From Mobula hypostoma (Eukaryota), in NCBI RefSeq assembly GCF_963921235.1, contig NC_086097.1, forward strand, positions 82,896,001 to 82,960,000: 64,000 nucleotides of DNA, written 5' to 3'. The translations under genes were made by a program, and so were the position numbers. Numbering within the stretch: the first letter of the stretch is position 1; every line of letters begins with the position of its first letter. The notes beneath the pieces are model-generated. The model searched no databases, was not told the DNA's origin, and saw only the letters and a program-made list of their open reading frames with translations. Shown here in pieces: positions 37,016 to 50,625 of this stretch.

Positions 37016-39631
37016 ACCCCCACATTTTGATCGTGCTATTCCATTGTATATTTCCTTGAGAACATCCGTTCACAACTTACACTCCCAATTTCCTGTCTAA
37101 TGGCATCATAATTTGCCATCCTCCAATTAAGTACTTTCCCCTACCATCTGCTCCTATCCCTGTCCAAGGTCACCACCTCTGAAATGCTCACCCACCAAGA
37201 GATCTGTCACCTGACCAGATACATTGACTGGTACCAAATCCAGCATGGCCTCTCCTCTAGTTGGCCTGTCTACATACTCTAATAGGAATCTGTCCCAAAC
37301 ACAGCTAGCAAATTCCATCCTGTCTGCACTGAGGACGTGCCAATCAATATTAGGAAAGTTGAAGTCACTCATGACAACATTTTTGCATCCTTTCAAAATG
37401 TGACCCCCGATCTGCTCCTCTGTTGTCACGGGAGTGGGGGTGGGGGGGGGGTCTATTGAATACTCCCAATCCAGTGAGTGCTCCCTTCCCGTTTCTGACA
37501 TCCACTCACACTGACTCAGTAGACAATCTCTCCAGGACATGCTCCCTTTCTGCGACTGCTTTATCCATGATTAGCAATGCCACTCTCTCACCTCTTTAAC
37601 CTCCGTCCATCGCTTAGGAAAACTGTAAACCCCAGCAGCCATTCCTGCCCTTTCAACTCCCATGTTTCTGTAATGACCACAATGTCGTAGCTCCGTATAC
37701 ATCACCCTTATTTCTTATATTTCTCACATTAAAATAGACACATTTCAACCCCTCCAATTAACTGCAATTATGCCCTTTCCACTGCCTATCCTTCCTCTCA
37801 GTCTCTCTGCCGGCTGTATTTGTCATTGCCCCACCCTCTGACCTATCCCTTCAGTTCCCATTCCCCTGCCAAACTAGTTTTAACTCTCCAACAGCTCGAA
37901 CAAATCTGCCCACAAGGATATTTTCCCCTCAAGTGTAACCTGCTCCTTTTGTACAGCTCATACCTTCCCCAGAAGAGACCCCAAGGATCCAAAAATCTGA
38001 AACTCTGCCCTCTACAACAATACTTCAGCCCACATTCATCTGCCAAATAATCTTGTTCTTTGTAAATGGCTTCATAGAATCTTGAACCAAACAGGGCCAT
38101 GCACATGCCATCTCTTTGAAAGGTCTTTTCAGCATTCTTCCATACTGTCGCGTTTTCCCCGAAAGATGCAGATTAATCCTCTTCTCGAACGTGTCCAATT
38201 ACTATTAAAGCATTTCCATTGAATCTCATTGCACTATGAGAGCAGATCTGAAGATTTTTCAGGGTAATAAAATAACTGCTCTTTTCCCCAGTCTTTTAAA
38301 ATAATTTTTTTGCCTATCAGCTCTGACTATCACAGAGGAAATAGTTTCTCACTTTTTGCTGTGTTGAAGCCCCTTACAATTTTTGGGCATTTTTGAAGCT
38401 CTCACCAGTGTTATCTGTGCAAGGCGGGCAATGAATGATAGGTTCTTCAACTTCCCTTCCCTGATATCATCCTGGTAAACCTCTGCATCCTCTCCAGCGC
38501 CTGACTGCTGCTCCTGAAATACAGAGCAGGAACTGTACATCCTGACTAAGGCCTGGTCAGAGACGATCATCTCCTTGTTTTTGTGTGAAACACTCCTTTT
38601 TACATAGATAGCTTAACGACTCCTTTTAAACCTCTCCTACTATGTTCAACGAAAATGAGGTTGTTTCCCCAAAATCTTCGTGAAAGAATATTAATGCATC
38701 ATTTTTCCACCAGCTTTCATTGTTAATTGCATCCAAAACTCAATCAGGATTGTCAGATATTACTGACCCTCTAGAACATCCATACTTCTTAGTTAATGCT
38801 TCCCTCAGAAATGATCTCAAGGGGCTTTCCACCATTGCCATTAAATTAATTGCCTATTGTTGCAGCCTTCCTTTTCTGTTAGTACTTGAAAGGCTATGGA
38901 CAGAAAGTTTTCTAGATCCATTTGTGCTGGCCTAGATGTGACCCATCCGGACAGGGTCACATTACCTTTGAGTGAAGCTAATATATTTAAGGCCTCCCTT
39001 TAATCTATTTTTATCTCAACGCTTTCTCCCTCTGCTCTGACATCAAAGATATTCAATTCTGTGAAGATGGATGCAGAGTATTTTGGTTTAGTTTACTCTC
39101 TGAAGTTTTCCTTTTTTGATTTAAATTAACCCTATTACTCTTTGTTAACTTTTGATTGATGTGATTATTTAAAATGGGTCCCTCTTTCATATTATTAACT
39201 GATCTTTCCTCACACAGTTCTTGTCCATTTTATATTGATTACTGTTTCCTCTACACCCCCATGTCCTTTTGTATTTTGAGAGTATACAACAACACAGCTA
39301 GACAAATGTCCTCTTATTCTGTTCTTCCTCCAAGAGTTTCCCCTTCTCACTGCCCATTCCCTGGGTCCAAAGTGTTGAAGCTGCTCCACGTTTCAACACT
39401 GCTATTTCAGTAGCTATTCTCTTCCAGTCCTCCTTTTACCCTGTCGTGTAACTAAATTCAGCAGGGGCAAGATGTTTAGCTGAGATTTTGAGTATGATCA
39501 CTGCAATGCACAGTGACACATTTAATTTTATTAATCAGAATCAGGTATAATAATAAACACAAATTGCATGACATCCGCCGGTGATTACAATTGCTAGTTA
39601 AGAACTCCTTAGAGTGGAGGGAAAGCATAAA

Positions 39632-39770
39632 GGGGGCCATGGTGGGTAGCAGTTAGCATGACACTATTATAGCTTAGGGTATTGGAGTTCAGAGTCAATC
39701 CCAGCGTCCCCTGTAACGAGTCTTTACGTCCTCACTGTGGAATGGGTGGATTTTCATTGCGTGCTTGATA
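39632..39770 (+). mobile_element. tRNA-derived SINE, 5' part
   Basis: Similar to the heads of 46190-46830 and 57865-58150 (gttagca.g.c.ctatta.agct.aggg..., ctgtaa.gagt). Confidence 0.55.
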
Positions 39771-41487
39771 AATAGAAGCCAAAATCTTTATAGAAGAAAC
39801 TACATGCGTCAATCAATGGTAAACACCAAATCTGGAAAACCCTGCCATGGACTTACAAAGGTGGGTACCCCAACAGGAAAATAGGTAAGTTTTTTTTTAG
39901 CTCTTCTAAGTAAATTGGGAAGAAATATTGCAGGAAGTTTTAGTGATGGCATCCTGTTGCATTCTGAGTTGCAAGTGCAAGGAGAATAAAAGGAAATAAT
40001 TTTTCTTTTAAATGCCAGCCTTTAAATAAAGAACAATGAGTCTACTGAAGTTAGTCTCCTTTCACTTTCATTCAGCAGACCACACCTGCCTGTAATTTGT
40101 CAACAGATGCTGTATCGTGACATAAAGCATAAAATCAATGATGAACTGAACTGTTATGTGAACTTGATATGTTTCCCTTGAATTAATAGATTTCCTGTGA
40201 CAGCAGACTGAACTAATCCATAGGGTGCATTTGTATTTGGAACAGCAAGAAGGTCATGAAAAGAAGTGCAAAGATTGGGACCAAGTTGATTCCAATCTTT
40301 ATGAATCAACATAAGAAACGAGGGGAAGTTTGCACATTTTCTCCACAAAAGGAGAAGACTTTGAGATTTCAAGAATATTTTGTGATCCAAAACTCATATT
40401 AAGAACCCCTAAATAATCTCATTTCATGATTTGAAAAGTCTGTTAACAATTTTTTCCAGGCACTCACATAACCTTTTAGCAACACTAACAAAAATAAAAT
40501 CATTGTATTTTCCATTTACCAAAAATTTGTGATATTTGCAACAAGAAATCCAAACTAATAAATAACCCGGAGGTTACTATCAGTAATATTTACAAAGAAA
40601 CTCCAACATGTTTACCTTGTGTATATTTTAACACATTTATCAGCTTGCTAATATTTTAAATGCCTGTGCTAAAGCAGGAAGCAATTTATTAAATGCTTGC
40701 TAATATTACCAACTGTATTTTCTTTGTTGGCTGGTTACACATGCAACAGCATAACTCCATGATTAAAATTAGAAATGCTTGTTGTAAATAAACCTCTTTG
40801 ATATTTGGTCACTACTATACATAGAAACTACAGTTCATTTCCTTGATTCCACTGATTTCCTGACATCCAAGTGCAGGAATTTCCAAGGTTAAGTAGTAGT
40901 GGTGGTGTCTCAGCAGATGTGGGGGTTACAGCTAAAGCTGAAATTAAAATGTAATGTTGTGAGGTGGATGTTCCTTTGTGCTAATTTTGACTTAGTAAGT
41001 GAACACCAGAGCACAGAGCCATTGAGAAATGAGTGAGGCAGGAGGATCAAAAGGGAATGAAGACCCTGGGCAATTTTAAAGGATAACTTACCTTCAGACA
41101 TATTAAGTGAATATTCACTGTTACTCTATAAACACACAATGCTTTCTTCCTATTTTCAGTAAAAGCTGTACACTTTCAGTTAAAATAATTAAAATGCAGT
41201 TCATTTAATAAACAAAGAAATGCCATGCTGACATATTAACACTAAGATCAATAGCCACTGATGTGAGAACTATTTTATATTTTGTTGGTTTGGTTGCATT
41301 TTGGTAAAGCTAACTATGAGCTGAAAATATACAATTCCAGGATTTTTCTTGATGACGTGGATCTCTGATGGTTGTTTTTTTGATCACCAAATCAGAATTA
41401 TTGAGTTAATTCAAAAACAATAGAGGTCATAACTTTTTGAAAAATGCTTAGTGTTTCAGTCTCTGATGTTATCTGCACCCTCCATAG

Positions 41488-41762
41488 AAAACTACATCTG
41501 AAGATTTGTCCAACATGGTAAATGGTACTGACAGCCCAGAAGATAAAACTTTGGAGAGTGAAGAAAAATTAGAGTTGGAAGAGCAGTCTTATGAAAGGTC
41601 ATCCAAGCTTCAACCGCTGATATTGCCTGCAATGGAAATAGACAAGCCCAGAACATCAGCTACACTTCCCAGTTTTACCACAAGAGAAGAAATTGCCCAG
41701 CTGGAGGGATATCTGGGACGTAAACATGAACTGGAAGGACCTAACAGGAAGGCATCAAACAG
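41488..41762 (+). CDS. SPTB: Beta-spectrin exon: linker and start of PH domain
   Basis: Acceptor ccctccatAG at 41486-41487 and donor AG|GTGAGT at 41763. Encodes KTTSEDLSNMVNG...SATLP...QLEGYLGRKHELEGPNRKASN(R). EGYLGRKHxLEGP is SPTB-like. Confidence 0.92.
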
Positions 41763-42937
41763 GTGAGTTTTTAAGGCTCTAAATTTTCACTCTTATGACC
41801 TAAATAGGAATACAGTTCAGATCTTTTGTCTCCAACTGTAAATAACTTGTGTGAACTGATGTTCACGATCTCACATAACATTTACCTACCCATAAAGTAG
41901 TATTAGGTTAATTCTGAGAAGCTATAGGGGTAACTATTGTAACACACATACCGTGCATTTCAAAAATATCCTTTAAATGCACCGGTTATATGTTAATTAA
42001 ATCATAAATCAATTGGCTATTTCATTTCATAGTATGTTGATAAAATCTCACCCCACCCCACCCCCACCTCACCTTGAATAAGCCCAACACTGGAACCTCA
42101 AAGTTCAAACTATGCTGCATTCTCCAATAAACACTCACTTTGACTGGAAACTCATTTGATTTAAAATGATGTACATCTTTCCTTGTATGGCTCTCAGAAT
42201 AAATTCTCTGCTGATGATATCTAGGTTTTATTTGTCTTTTTATTGATTATTTGATAACTTGTTCAATTCAAAGCTGTCTTTTAACTCAACCCTAAATTCA
42301 GAAGCCTTTAATGTCTACCCACTAACCACTCATCCCTAATTTTAACCCATTCAATCCCCCCCCACAGAGCATCAATCAGATGTCCTCTTTGTCCCTGAGT
42401 AGAACTACAAACCCAAATTTCATCTATCGCCAAAACTGTTTTAATTCCACCTTCACAGTATCACCTATGTCAGTTCTTTCAATGTTGAACATTTAGGAAG
42501 CTCTTTATCACTGGCAGGTTCAATTACTCCTTTCCTGCACTGCTTGGTGCTGAAATGTCTAAGCAGGGAAGATTAATGACATCTCATTTATGCTCTCCGT
42601 AATAGCCCGGATGGGACTGAAGGACTACAAGTAGTTCCAGTACCTTGGGGCAGAGTTGGCACGTTTCCATTCTTACTTACAATTCAGTAAGCTGATGGAA
42701 AGTTCATGTACAGAGATAACAATACCAGTTTAAATCCTTTTCCAGAAATACTGTATGCATGCAACATCAATTGTAAGGTTTGCAGGGGAAGAATGTCCTT
42801 TTTTTTGAATGGAACTGTTGAAATCAATTAAAGTTATACTCAGCATCATTCCGTATTCTAGCACAGAAGTAGTTGGCATTGAATGGCCTGATTATTAATG
42901 AAAGAAACATTTTTTCCCTAATGTTTTTCGAACTTAG

Positions 42938-43111
42938 GTCATGGATCACCTTGTACTGTGCCCTGAAGAGTGGTGAATTTTACTTCTACAAAGACACAAA
43001 GAATTGTAGTGCGGGTGTAACATACCATGGAGAGGACCCACTGAATCTGAAAGATGCTATTTGTGAAGTGGCTGCTGATTACAAGAAGAGAAAGCATGTA
43101 TTTAAACTGCG
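42938..43111 (+). CDS. SPTB: Beta-spectrin PH domain exon
   Basis: AG at 42936-42937 and donor GTGAGT at 43112. Encodes SWITLYCALKSGEFYFYKDTKNCSAGVTYHGEDPLNLKDAICEVAADYKKRKHVFKL(R). Phase 2 to phase 2. Confidence 0.95.
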
Positions 43112-43734
43112 GTGAGTCATCACTTCATGTAAGTTTTTGCACCGATTTTGTGTTGTAGGATGGTAGTTAGGATGTTTTTTTTTCCTCATATGGTTGAAAC
43201 AGAATTAGATCATGCAAACCAAATCACTAATGGGAATATTCAGCTAAGCTCCCAAAGAGGGACAATATCCACAATAGCAATGTGAACCTGAGGTAATGGA
43301 AAAAAAAATCCCAAACAACATTCCTAGGCCATTATGCTCCTGGAATGTATAGGTGTTGGCAAATGCACATCATCAAAATAGGATATGTTTCGCTGTGCCA
43401 AATAAAAGTTCAAATGAAGGTCAACCAGCAAGTATTATTTCAGGCATATTAGATAACTAATTGTATTAGATAACTGTAAAATCTTAAACAAATTTGTCAC
43501 AGCATTTACAAAATTGCGCGTCTCCTGTCTGTCTTATTAATATCTTCCACCCATACTCCAAAAGCATTGCAATATCTGGCTAGAGCATACAGTTTATGTA
43601 TTGAATTTTGACTTTGCAGATGTGTATATTAGATATACATCCTGTTTTCAGTACAAAATAAACATGAGTATCTTTTGTATCACCGCGGCTGTATCTGTTT
43701 TAGACATGGCTTCATTTGTATTCTTAAAATGTCA

Positions 43735-43980
43735 AGATTGTGGGTACAGTCTCATGACAGGGATTTGAGCACATAAAATCCAATGCGGTTAAGTTGGAGG
43801 AGCCATCATTTGGATGATTAATAATGAGGCAACCTGCCTGGTTTCCTCAGTGAAAGTAATAGATTTAATGTAGCTCATCTGAAAGAGAGCAAAGAGTTTA
43901 ATCCTGGTGCTCTGGACAACATACATTCCTCACCTCATAAAACATTCATGAATTGCTGTTTGTGGGACCTTGCTATGTAT
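43735..43980 (+). mobile_element. Ancient SINE relic resembling Deu-domain SINEs
   Basis: Recalled motifs ttgagcacataaaatc, cctggtg.tctgg.caa.at..attcctc and ttgctgtttgtgggaccttgct. Confidence 0.4.
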
Positions 43981-43984
43981 TCAT

Positions 43985-44400
43985 TATTGGTACTGGTTTA
44001 TTATTGTGACACGTGCCAAGATACTATGAAAACCCTGCCTTGCATGCTGTTCATACAGATCAAGTCATGTCACAGTGCATTGAGCCAGAATACGGTAAAA
44101 CAATAACAATGCAGAATAAAGTGTGAAAGCAACTGAAGAAGTGTGGTGCAGGGGAACAACAAAGTGCAAGATCATAACCGGTTAGTTTGTGAGGCCAAGA
44201 TTCCATGTTATAGTATCAGTGGTTTGCTCAAGGTAACAGTGAGACAGAAGCTGTCCTTAAGCCTCGCGGTACATGCTTTCAGGCCTTTGTATCTTCTGCC
44301 TGATGGGAGAGGAGAGAAGACGGTATGCCCATGGAGGATAGGATCATTGATTATACACACTATATTTGCTGTATTGGGGCAGAAAAAAGAATAGACAGGG
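43985..44400 (-). mobile_element. Rex1-type LINE 3' end
   Basis: Minus ORF FSPLPSGRRYKGLKACTARLKDSF; the minus-strand 3' end is gtcacaataataaacc. Confidence 0.8.
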
Positions 44401-44842
44401 TCCATAGAGGACTATTGCATATACAATGCCTAAAAAAAAGGAATTTAACCCCCTGGGAAATTTTCATGTTTTATTGTTTTACAACATTGAATCACAGTAG
44501 ATTTAATTTTTTAACAGAAAAAGACTTGTTCGTGTCAAGGTGAAACAGATCTCTACAAAGTGATCTAAATTAATTATAAGTATAAAACTCAAAATAATTG
44601 ATTGCATAAGTGTTTTGTATTCCACAATAAGCAATGAAGGTAGTCTACAGTCTTGCATGATATTGCTGATATATCATCCACTTACATATGACCTAGGAAC
44701 CCAGTTATATTTTCTGTTGAAGTGTCATGTCTTATAAAACTTACACTTCTTAAAATCATTGATGACTATGATTCAGAAGTATAGTTTTTATTTGGAAAGA
44801 GGTCTTCAACTCTTCCTTGGCATCATTTAATTATTCCAAAGT

Positions 44843-44844
<2 letters not shown>

Positions 44845-44900
<56 letters not shown>
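44845..44900. repeat. (GT)28 microsatellite
   Basis: Perfect dinucleotide run of 56 bp. Confidence 0.97.
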
Positions 44901-44903
<3 letters not shown>

Positions 44904-45009
44904 AAGCATATTTTGAGACCTTCTTAAAGACACTGTTTTCTTTTCCCTGATGACCAAACAGTGCATGGATCCATTCTTTTATTTAGGAATTCTGAACAGG
45001 AAGGAAATT

Positions 45010-45550
45010 ACCGTGGCCCTTTAGCACTGGCAGTATTCATACCGTGCACCTCAAATGGCCTCTGACAACCAAGTCCAGATCCTGACCTACATGTATGGTT
45101 TAGCTACTCAGCCTGGTGGAAACGTTTCTACTAACAGGAAAAGGGGCAAAGGTGTGTCACTGGTGCCACAAAACCAGTGCTTTGGGCAGATGGAGCTTGT
45201 CAGCTGTGGTTGGCAGCTTACCTAGGAGAACTCTGATCTCAAACCTCAGATGCCCTGCAGCTATACCCATTCATGGGGAAGGCTTCGGGAGTAAACCCTG
45301 AGGGAAAATTCCAGAGCTGGAGTCCCTAAGGGCAGCCCTACGTTGAGTTCAACGCTGATTGGCAACTCCTGCGATGCTGCTGGTACCAAACTGTATCAGT
45401 CTCTGCCATTCCTTTGGGTACATCAGGTGCATGGAGAGAGGGAGCTTGCTACATGGGCAACAGCTGTCTCTCCACATGGTATTGCCAGGCCTGCATGTCT
45501 AGACAGCCAGGATGCAGCATGCATGGTCAACCCCGACTAAAGGAGGCCTC
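45010..45550 (+). mobile_element. Probable RTE-related non-coding repeat
   Basis: GC-richer block with RTE 5' UTR-like motifs (cgggagtaaaccc, ggcaactcctgcg). The assignment is tentative. Confidence 0.35.
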
Positions 45551-45935
45551 ACTCACTTTCCTGCTGAATATTTGTCAGTGATGGGAAAAATAAGTCTTTT
45601 GGTTCCCCTTATATGTTGCCCCTCTTTCTTCTAAGTCCACACGTATTTGGTAATTTTTCTAATGGGAAGCAACTGATTCTGTTATAGAGTAAAACCGATG
45701 CAAGGTGGATTTGCATAGATTTAAAATAGGTGACGACATTAGGAGCCAGGATAGAAAAGCTTGTGATGGTTATGTACATTTTGTGTCTCCAGTTTATGTT
45801 ACAGCCTTTAAACTCCTTCCAATTATTTGTTATAAATGCAGAACTAAAAATAGAGTATTTGCTGATGATGTTTTACCAATGTCCTTCTATAGGCAAGTAC
45901 CTGTTTGAAACAATATATGTTTGGGCTTGTTTCAG

Positions 45936-45978
45936 GTTGAGCAATGGGTGCGAGTACCTGTTCCACGGCAGAGATGAG
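45936..45978 (+). CDS. SPTB: Beta-spectrin PH domain 43-nt exon
   Basis: ttgtttcAG at 45934-45935 and donor GTAAGT at 45979. Encodes (R)LSNGCEYLFHGRDE. Phase 2 to phase 0. Confidence 0.93.
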
Positions 45979-46189
45979 GTAAGTGATATTGACCCTCAAC
46001 TATTCACTTCAGAACAAGTATTCCTTTGGCAATATTAAAATAATTCTTCACCAGTGATGATTAACAAATCAATATACTTTTTCACTGGAATGATCTTATA
46101 TATTTTTGGAGTTCATTTGTTTTATTGGTCCATTTTCGACAATTCCAGTAATGAGTGTGTCAATGACGAATATCTCAGTGTCCATGTGG

Positions 46190-46830
46190 ATACCACAGTA
46201 ATGTTATGGTTAGCACAATGCTATTACAGCTCAGGGCGACGGAGCTCAGTGTTCAATCCTGGCATCCTCTGTAAGGAGTTGGTGCATCTTCTCCGTGAAA
46301 TGTATGGGTTTTCCCTGGGCACACCAGTTTCCTCCCACAGTCCAAAAACCAATGGGTACACTAATCGGTCATTGTGAATTATCCCGTGTGTTGTGGCAAA
46401 ATTGATCCAAAATCTAAACAAAATTGCCGCCCTCCTGCAACCCCAGATGGAGTTGTTATATTTGCATGGCACACCCACAGCTCCAATGATTGCTCCAAAG
46501 CATCAAATTCACTATTTAGATCCTTTATTAGCAATTAGCACAATTAACCATTATTGAACATTATCTCAGTGGTCAATAAAGATATGAGCTCTACTGGCCC
46601 TGAGCTACAACCTGTCACGAAATACGTAATTTATTCGTCCCGCTTTTACAATGCCCCCAGCAATGTGATTAGTTACCATAATAAGCAGAATAAATGCACA
46701 GTGCAGGATACACGCCTCCTGCACCATGGTTAGGTTAAGGTTAAATCAGCATTGTCGGGGGTTGCTAAGCGGCATGGCTCAAAGAACCTATTGATCTATT
46801 CCACACTGTAGCATTAAATAAATAAATAAA
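46190..46830 (+). mobile_element. tRNA-derived V-SINE with an internal insertion of about 330 bp (about 46390-46725)
   Basis: B-box gtgttcaatcc and V-like core gtttcctcccacagtccaaa. The SINE resumes at ggttaggttaagg and ends in (taaa)n. Confidence 0.65.
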
Positions 46831-48201
46831 TATTTAAAATAGAATGATAAACACCATGGAAAATTGAGAGTGGGTGAATACCTGGGGAAATGGGGAAAGA
46901 GTTGTGTTGAGAGAGTTTATTAGGTTTCAAGAGAATAAGACAGGTAAGATGTAGGGTTGTGGGGGTTGTGTGTAGGCATTAGCTGTGTCTTTAATCAATC
47001 ATTAAAGAGATTAAGTTGATCTGGTGGGATTTAAATGTTCAGATGTTAAACTCAAATATATTGTAACTGGCTGCATTGTAATGACAGTGAGATTTAAAAA
47101 ATGATGGGCACCTTTGTAATTTTTTCAATATTCAATTGTGGAGTGATGTTTACTCTACTGCTTACTCATTGAGCAATAGACACAGGAAAAGGTAGGAAAA
47201 CCGAGAGAATAAAGCTTTCTCTCCACAACACCCCCACAACTGGCTACGACCCTGGACATTCATGATGGTCTTTGCACACTCTGCACAGGCGCAGAAAAGG
47301 ACATAAGAGGCATTCCTTCACGTGGGGATAATTCTGTAGTGCCTGATACTTTGTCATCAGGAGTTGTCGAATTTGCAAACAGTAGAATGAGATCTACCAG
47401 GTTTCGGTTTGTGGCCACATACCATCACTGTTACCGAGGAAAATCCAGACAACGGTCTGTAACTATTACGTTTGATTTGCAAACTGGTAAGGCCTTGTTA
47501 TGTTCTTTGTGTGGAGAAACACAGTCAGCAGTCTGTAATTTGCTGCTGCTAATCTCATGTCCCACGTGATGACAGATCTGATGCAGCTCCCACAAGCTTT
47601 GGTTGGTGGCAGCGTGCTCAAACTTTCCCTCATTAAAAACTCTCAGGCTAAATGTGTAGTGTATATATGTGATATTTTATAAGACATTTCCAAATATATA
47701 TGTAGAGAATACAGGATATTTGCAAATATCTTTTGCCGGCTCATTAAAAAATCCTTTAAGAGGACAGAACGTGGTGTTTAGTCATGTTCAGGCAATTTAT
47801 GATTACAAATCCACTGACAGCCTTCATACTGATTTAGCAATCATTTTAAGGAGGCATCATAGGTTCAGAACAAAATTATAAATATAAAATAAAAGTCAAA
47901 AACTGGCAGAATGATTCAGCATGTCAGGAAACATCTGTTTGCACTGCAGGTTGATGACATTTCACCAGAACAAAAAAAAAGAAACTAAATACGTTTAAGA
48001 AGCAAAGGAAGTGATGGATTGGGGAAAATAAAGGCTGGTCTGTGATGGGAAAGAGGCTTACAGAGACTGATGACACAGAAGGTCGTGGTGTTGGCTGAGA
48101 GAGGGTGGTGAATATCCAAAGGAGGTGTAGATAGAAAGTGATGGATATAAAATTGAGGAGAGAAAAACATGAAGGGAACTGAGAGATACAAAATATTGAA
48201 C

Positions 48202-48838
48202 TTCAGTTCAGTTCTCGTTTATTGTCATTCAAAAATGCATGCATTAAAAAATGATACAACGTTCCTCCAGAATGATATCACAAGAAAACATAGGACAAAC
48301 CAAGACTAAAACTGACAAAACCACATAATTATAACATATAGTTACAACAGTGAAAAGCAATACCATAATTTGATAAAGAGCAGACCATGGGCACGGTAAA
48401 AAAAGTCTCAAAGTCCCAATAGACTCATCATCCCACGGAGGTGGCAGAACGGAGAAACTCTCCCTGCCATGAACCTCCAAGCGCCGCCAACTCGCCAATG
48501 CAGCACCATTGGAAGCACCCAAGCGCAGCGGACTCTGAGTCCGTCTGAAAATTTCAAGCCTCCGACCAGCCCCTCCGAGTACCATCCTCTGCCGAGCACT
48601 TCGACCCCGCCCCGGCCGCCGAGTAACAAGCAAAGCCGAGGACTCGGGGTCTTCTCTGGAGATTCTGGACCACACAGTAGCAGCGAAGCAAGCATTTCAG
48701 AAGTTTCACCAGATGTTCCTCTGTGCTCTTGTGTCCGTCTCCATCAAATCAGGATTGTGCACGGCGCCCTACTTGACAAATAACAGACATCACCACCGGA
48801 GTGGCCGCTGCGAGCTGTGTCGCACTGCTATCTCCTCC
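48202..48838 (-). mobile_element. Non-autonomous retroelement of about 640 bp (GC-rich 5' part, Rex1-like 3' end)
   Basis: Reverse-complement homologue of 51481-52166; the minus strand ends aatgacaataaacgagaactgaactgaa. Confidence 0.8.
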
Positions 48839-48859
48839 ACCACACTCTGCAAATCCAAA

Positions 48860-50090
48860 GTAAACGAGCATTCTAGAACATTGGTCTGGTCAGGCAGGAG
48901 AGAGACAGGCAGGCAGGCAGGCGTTGGTCAATGTTACAGGTTGGTGACCTTCATCAGAACTAGCTAATGCTGATAATGAATTGGAAAGTCTGGCCACTTG
49001 AAATAGTTGAATCCAACACTGATTCCAAAGGATTGCAATGAGCCTGAGTGAAGGATGAGAGGCTTCTCCTTAAGCTTGTGTGAGGCTTGGTTGGAGCAGT
49101 GTGAAGGCTAAAGCATGGACAATTAAACCCACAGGCAACTGAAAGTTCAGGGTTACCATTTTGTTTATAATGATAGAATGGTTCTGCACGAAAGATACCC
49201 AATCTACATCTGGTTTCTTTGTTGTAGAGGATGCTCCATTGAAGAGGAAATAATATTGTGAGCATTGAATGCTCTGTGCTAAAATGGAAAAAGGTACAAG
49301 TAAATCACTGCTTCATTTGGAAGGGGTTTGGGTGCCTGAATGTTGAGAGAAGTTAACAGGCAAGCCTGCATCTTCCAGGTTCCATGGGAAAGTGGTCGAA
49401 GTGGTGAGTGGGTTTTAGTAAAGACGAAAGAGCAAGACATTTGAGAAGGGAATCATTGGGTTGCCAGGAAGAATTGAGAACATGTTTCTGGTGGTGATAT
49501 TATGTTAAATGTGGCAGGTATTATGGAGTCAGAGGTAATAGCTATGAAGTAAAGATTGGTCCCCTGGATGGTGGAAGGCAAAGAGTAAAAGGGCAAGTTT
49601 GAATCTCCTGCAGTTGCATGATAATAAGGGAAGTATTATACAAGATTTTGGTCACAGGAGTGAGGAAGGAGAACTATGGGAAGTGACATAGAAGCAGCTG
49701 GGAGTTGTGTCATTATTGGTGGAGAAAGGAAACTGTGTTTAAGGAAATCAGAAGTCATCCCAGAAGTACTGGAGTGGATGGTGTTGGGCTCAGAACAAAC
49801 GTGACAGAGCAGAGAAAATGACAGAGTGGTGTGGAGTCCTTACAGGATGAAGGGTGGAAAAAGTATTGCCAAGATATCTGTGACGGACTGTGGGATTCTA
49901 AAGCGAACTGTCAGAAATGGACCATGTGAAAGCAAAACTGGATTTTAAATTGACAATAAAAGTGATAAAATTTCCAACTCTGAATGAGGCCCAATGCAGT
50001 TATCCATGCACTAGATAGAGAGGTGAGGCAGGAGGGCTGAGACTCAGTGCAACAATTATCCTTTGTATCCTACAATGTGGCAGCCTTAAC
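48860..50090 (-). mobile_element. Old degenerate Penelope-like element
   Basis: Arm and hammerhead relic at 48926-48963, followed by sequence loosely collinear with 60110-61200. Confidence 0.5.
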
Positions 50091-50099
50091 AGAAGTAGG

Positions 50100-50625
50100 T
50101 GCATTATCACTGATCCGTATCATGAAATGTATTGTCTTGCAGCAGCAGTACAGTGAGAGGCATCAAATGATTGTAACTTACAAAATAAATAGTGCAAAAG
50201 ACCAACAGCAAGGTAGATAGAGTTCATGGACTTCTCAGAAATCTGATGGCAGAGCAGAAGAAGCTGTTCTTAAAATATCGTGTGTGGGCCTCCAGGCTCC
50301 CATACCTCCTTGCCCAACGGTGCAAAATGAAGTGGTGATCCTGAATGGTGAGGGTCTTTAATGATAGATGCTGCCTTCCTGAGGCCCTGCCTCATGCAGA
50401 TGCCCTCAATGATGGATAGGGTTATGCCAGGTCATTTCAGTCTACAATGCTCTGCAGTCTCTTGCGTTTCAGAGGCTCCATAGCAGGATGTGGTGCAAAT
50501 ATTCATAATGCTCTGCACTGTATATTGCAGAAATTTTTAAGAGTCTTTGGTGACAAACCAAAAGTTCTCAAGCTCCCAATGAAAATCAAACCACCGCCAT
50601 GCCTTCTTCATGATTGCCTTTATGA
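50100..50625 (-). mobile_element. Rex1-type LINE 3' fragment
   Basis: The antisense pattern aagaagctgttctt...ctccaggctcc.tacctcct...gatagatgctgccttcctgagg matches the ends of 27760-29130 and 43985-44400. Confidence 0.65.

Larger units (their letters stand above)
34280..38050 (-). mobile_element. Long degenerate CR1 (ORF1 C-terminus through ORF2 to 3' end) with nested insertions
   Basis: Minus ORFs FRFLDPWGLFWGRYELYKRSRLHL (ORF1 esterase), SDFNFPNIDW, DKSPELEGIY, EGWVSNFTDNT and RPHLEYCVQFW, in collinear order. Confidence 0.88.

Noticed and set aside
36565..37059. 164-aa Pro/Thr-rich ORF
   Set aside because: It lies in the antisense of a non-coding repeat insertion, is low in complexity and has no domain motif.
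10845..41487. Nested protein-coding gene in the large intron
   Set aside because: None of the non-repeat ORFs on either strand shows recognisable protein motifs or a consistent exon chain. Small exons cannot be excluded by eye.
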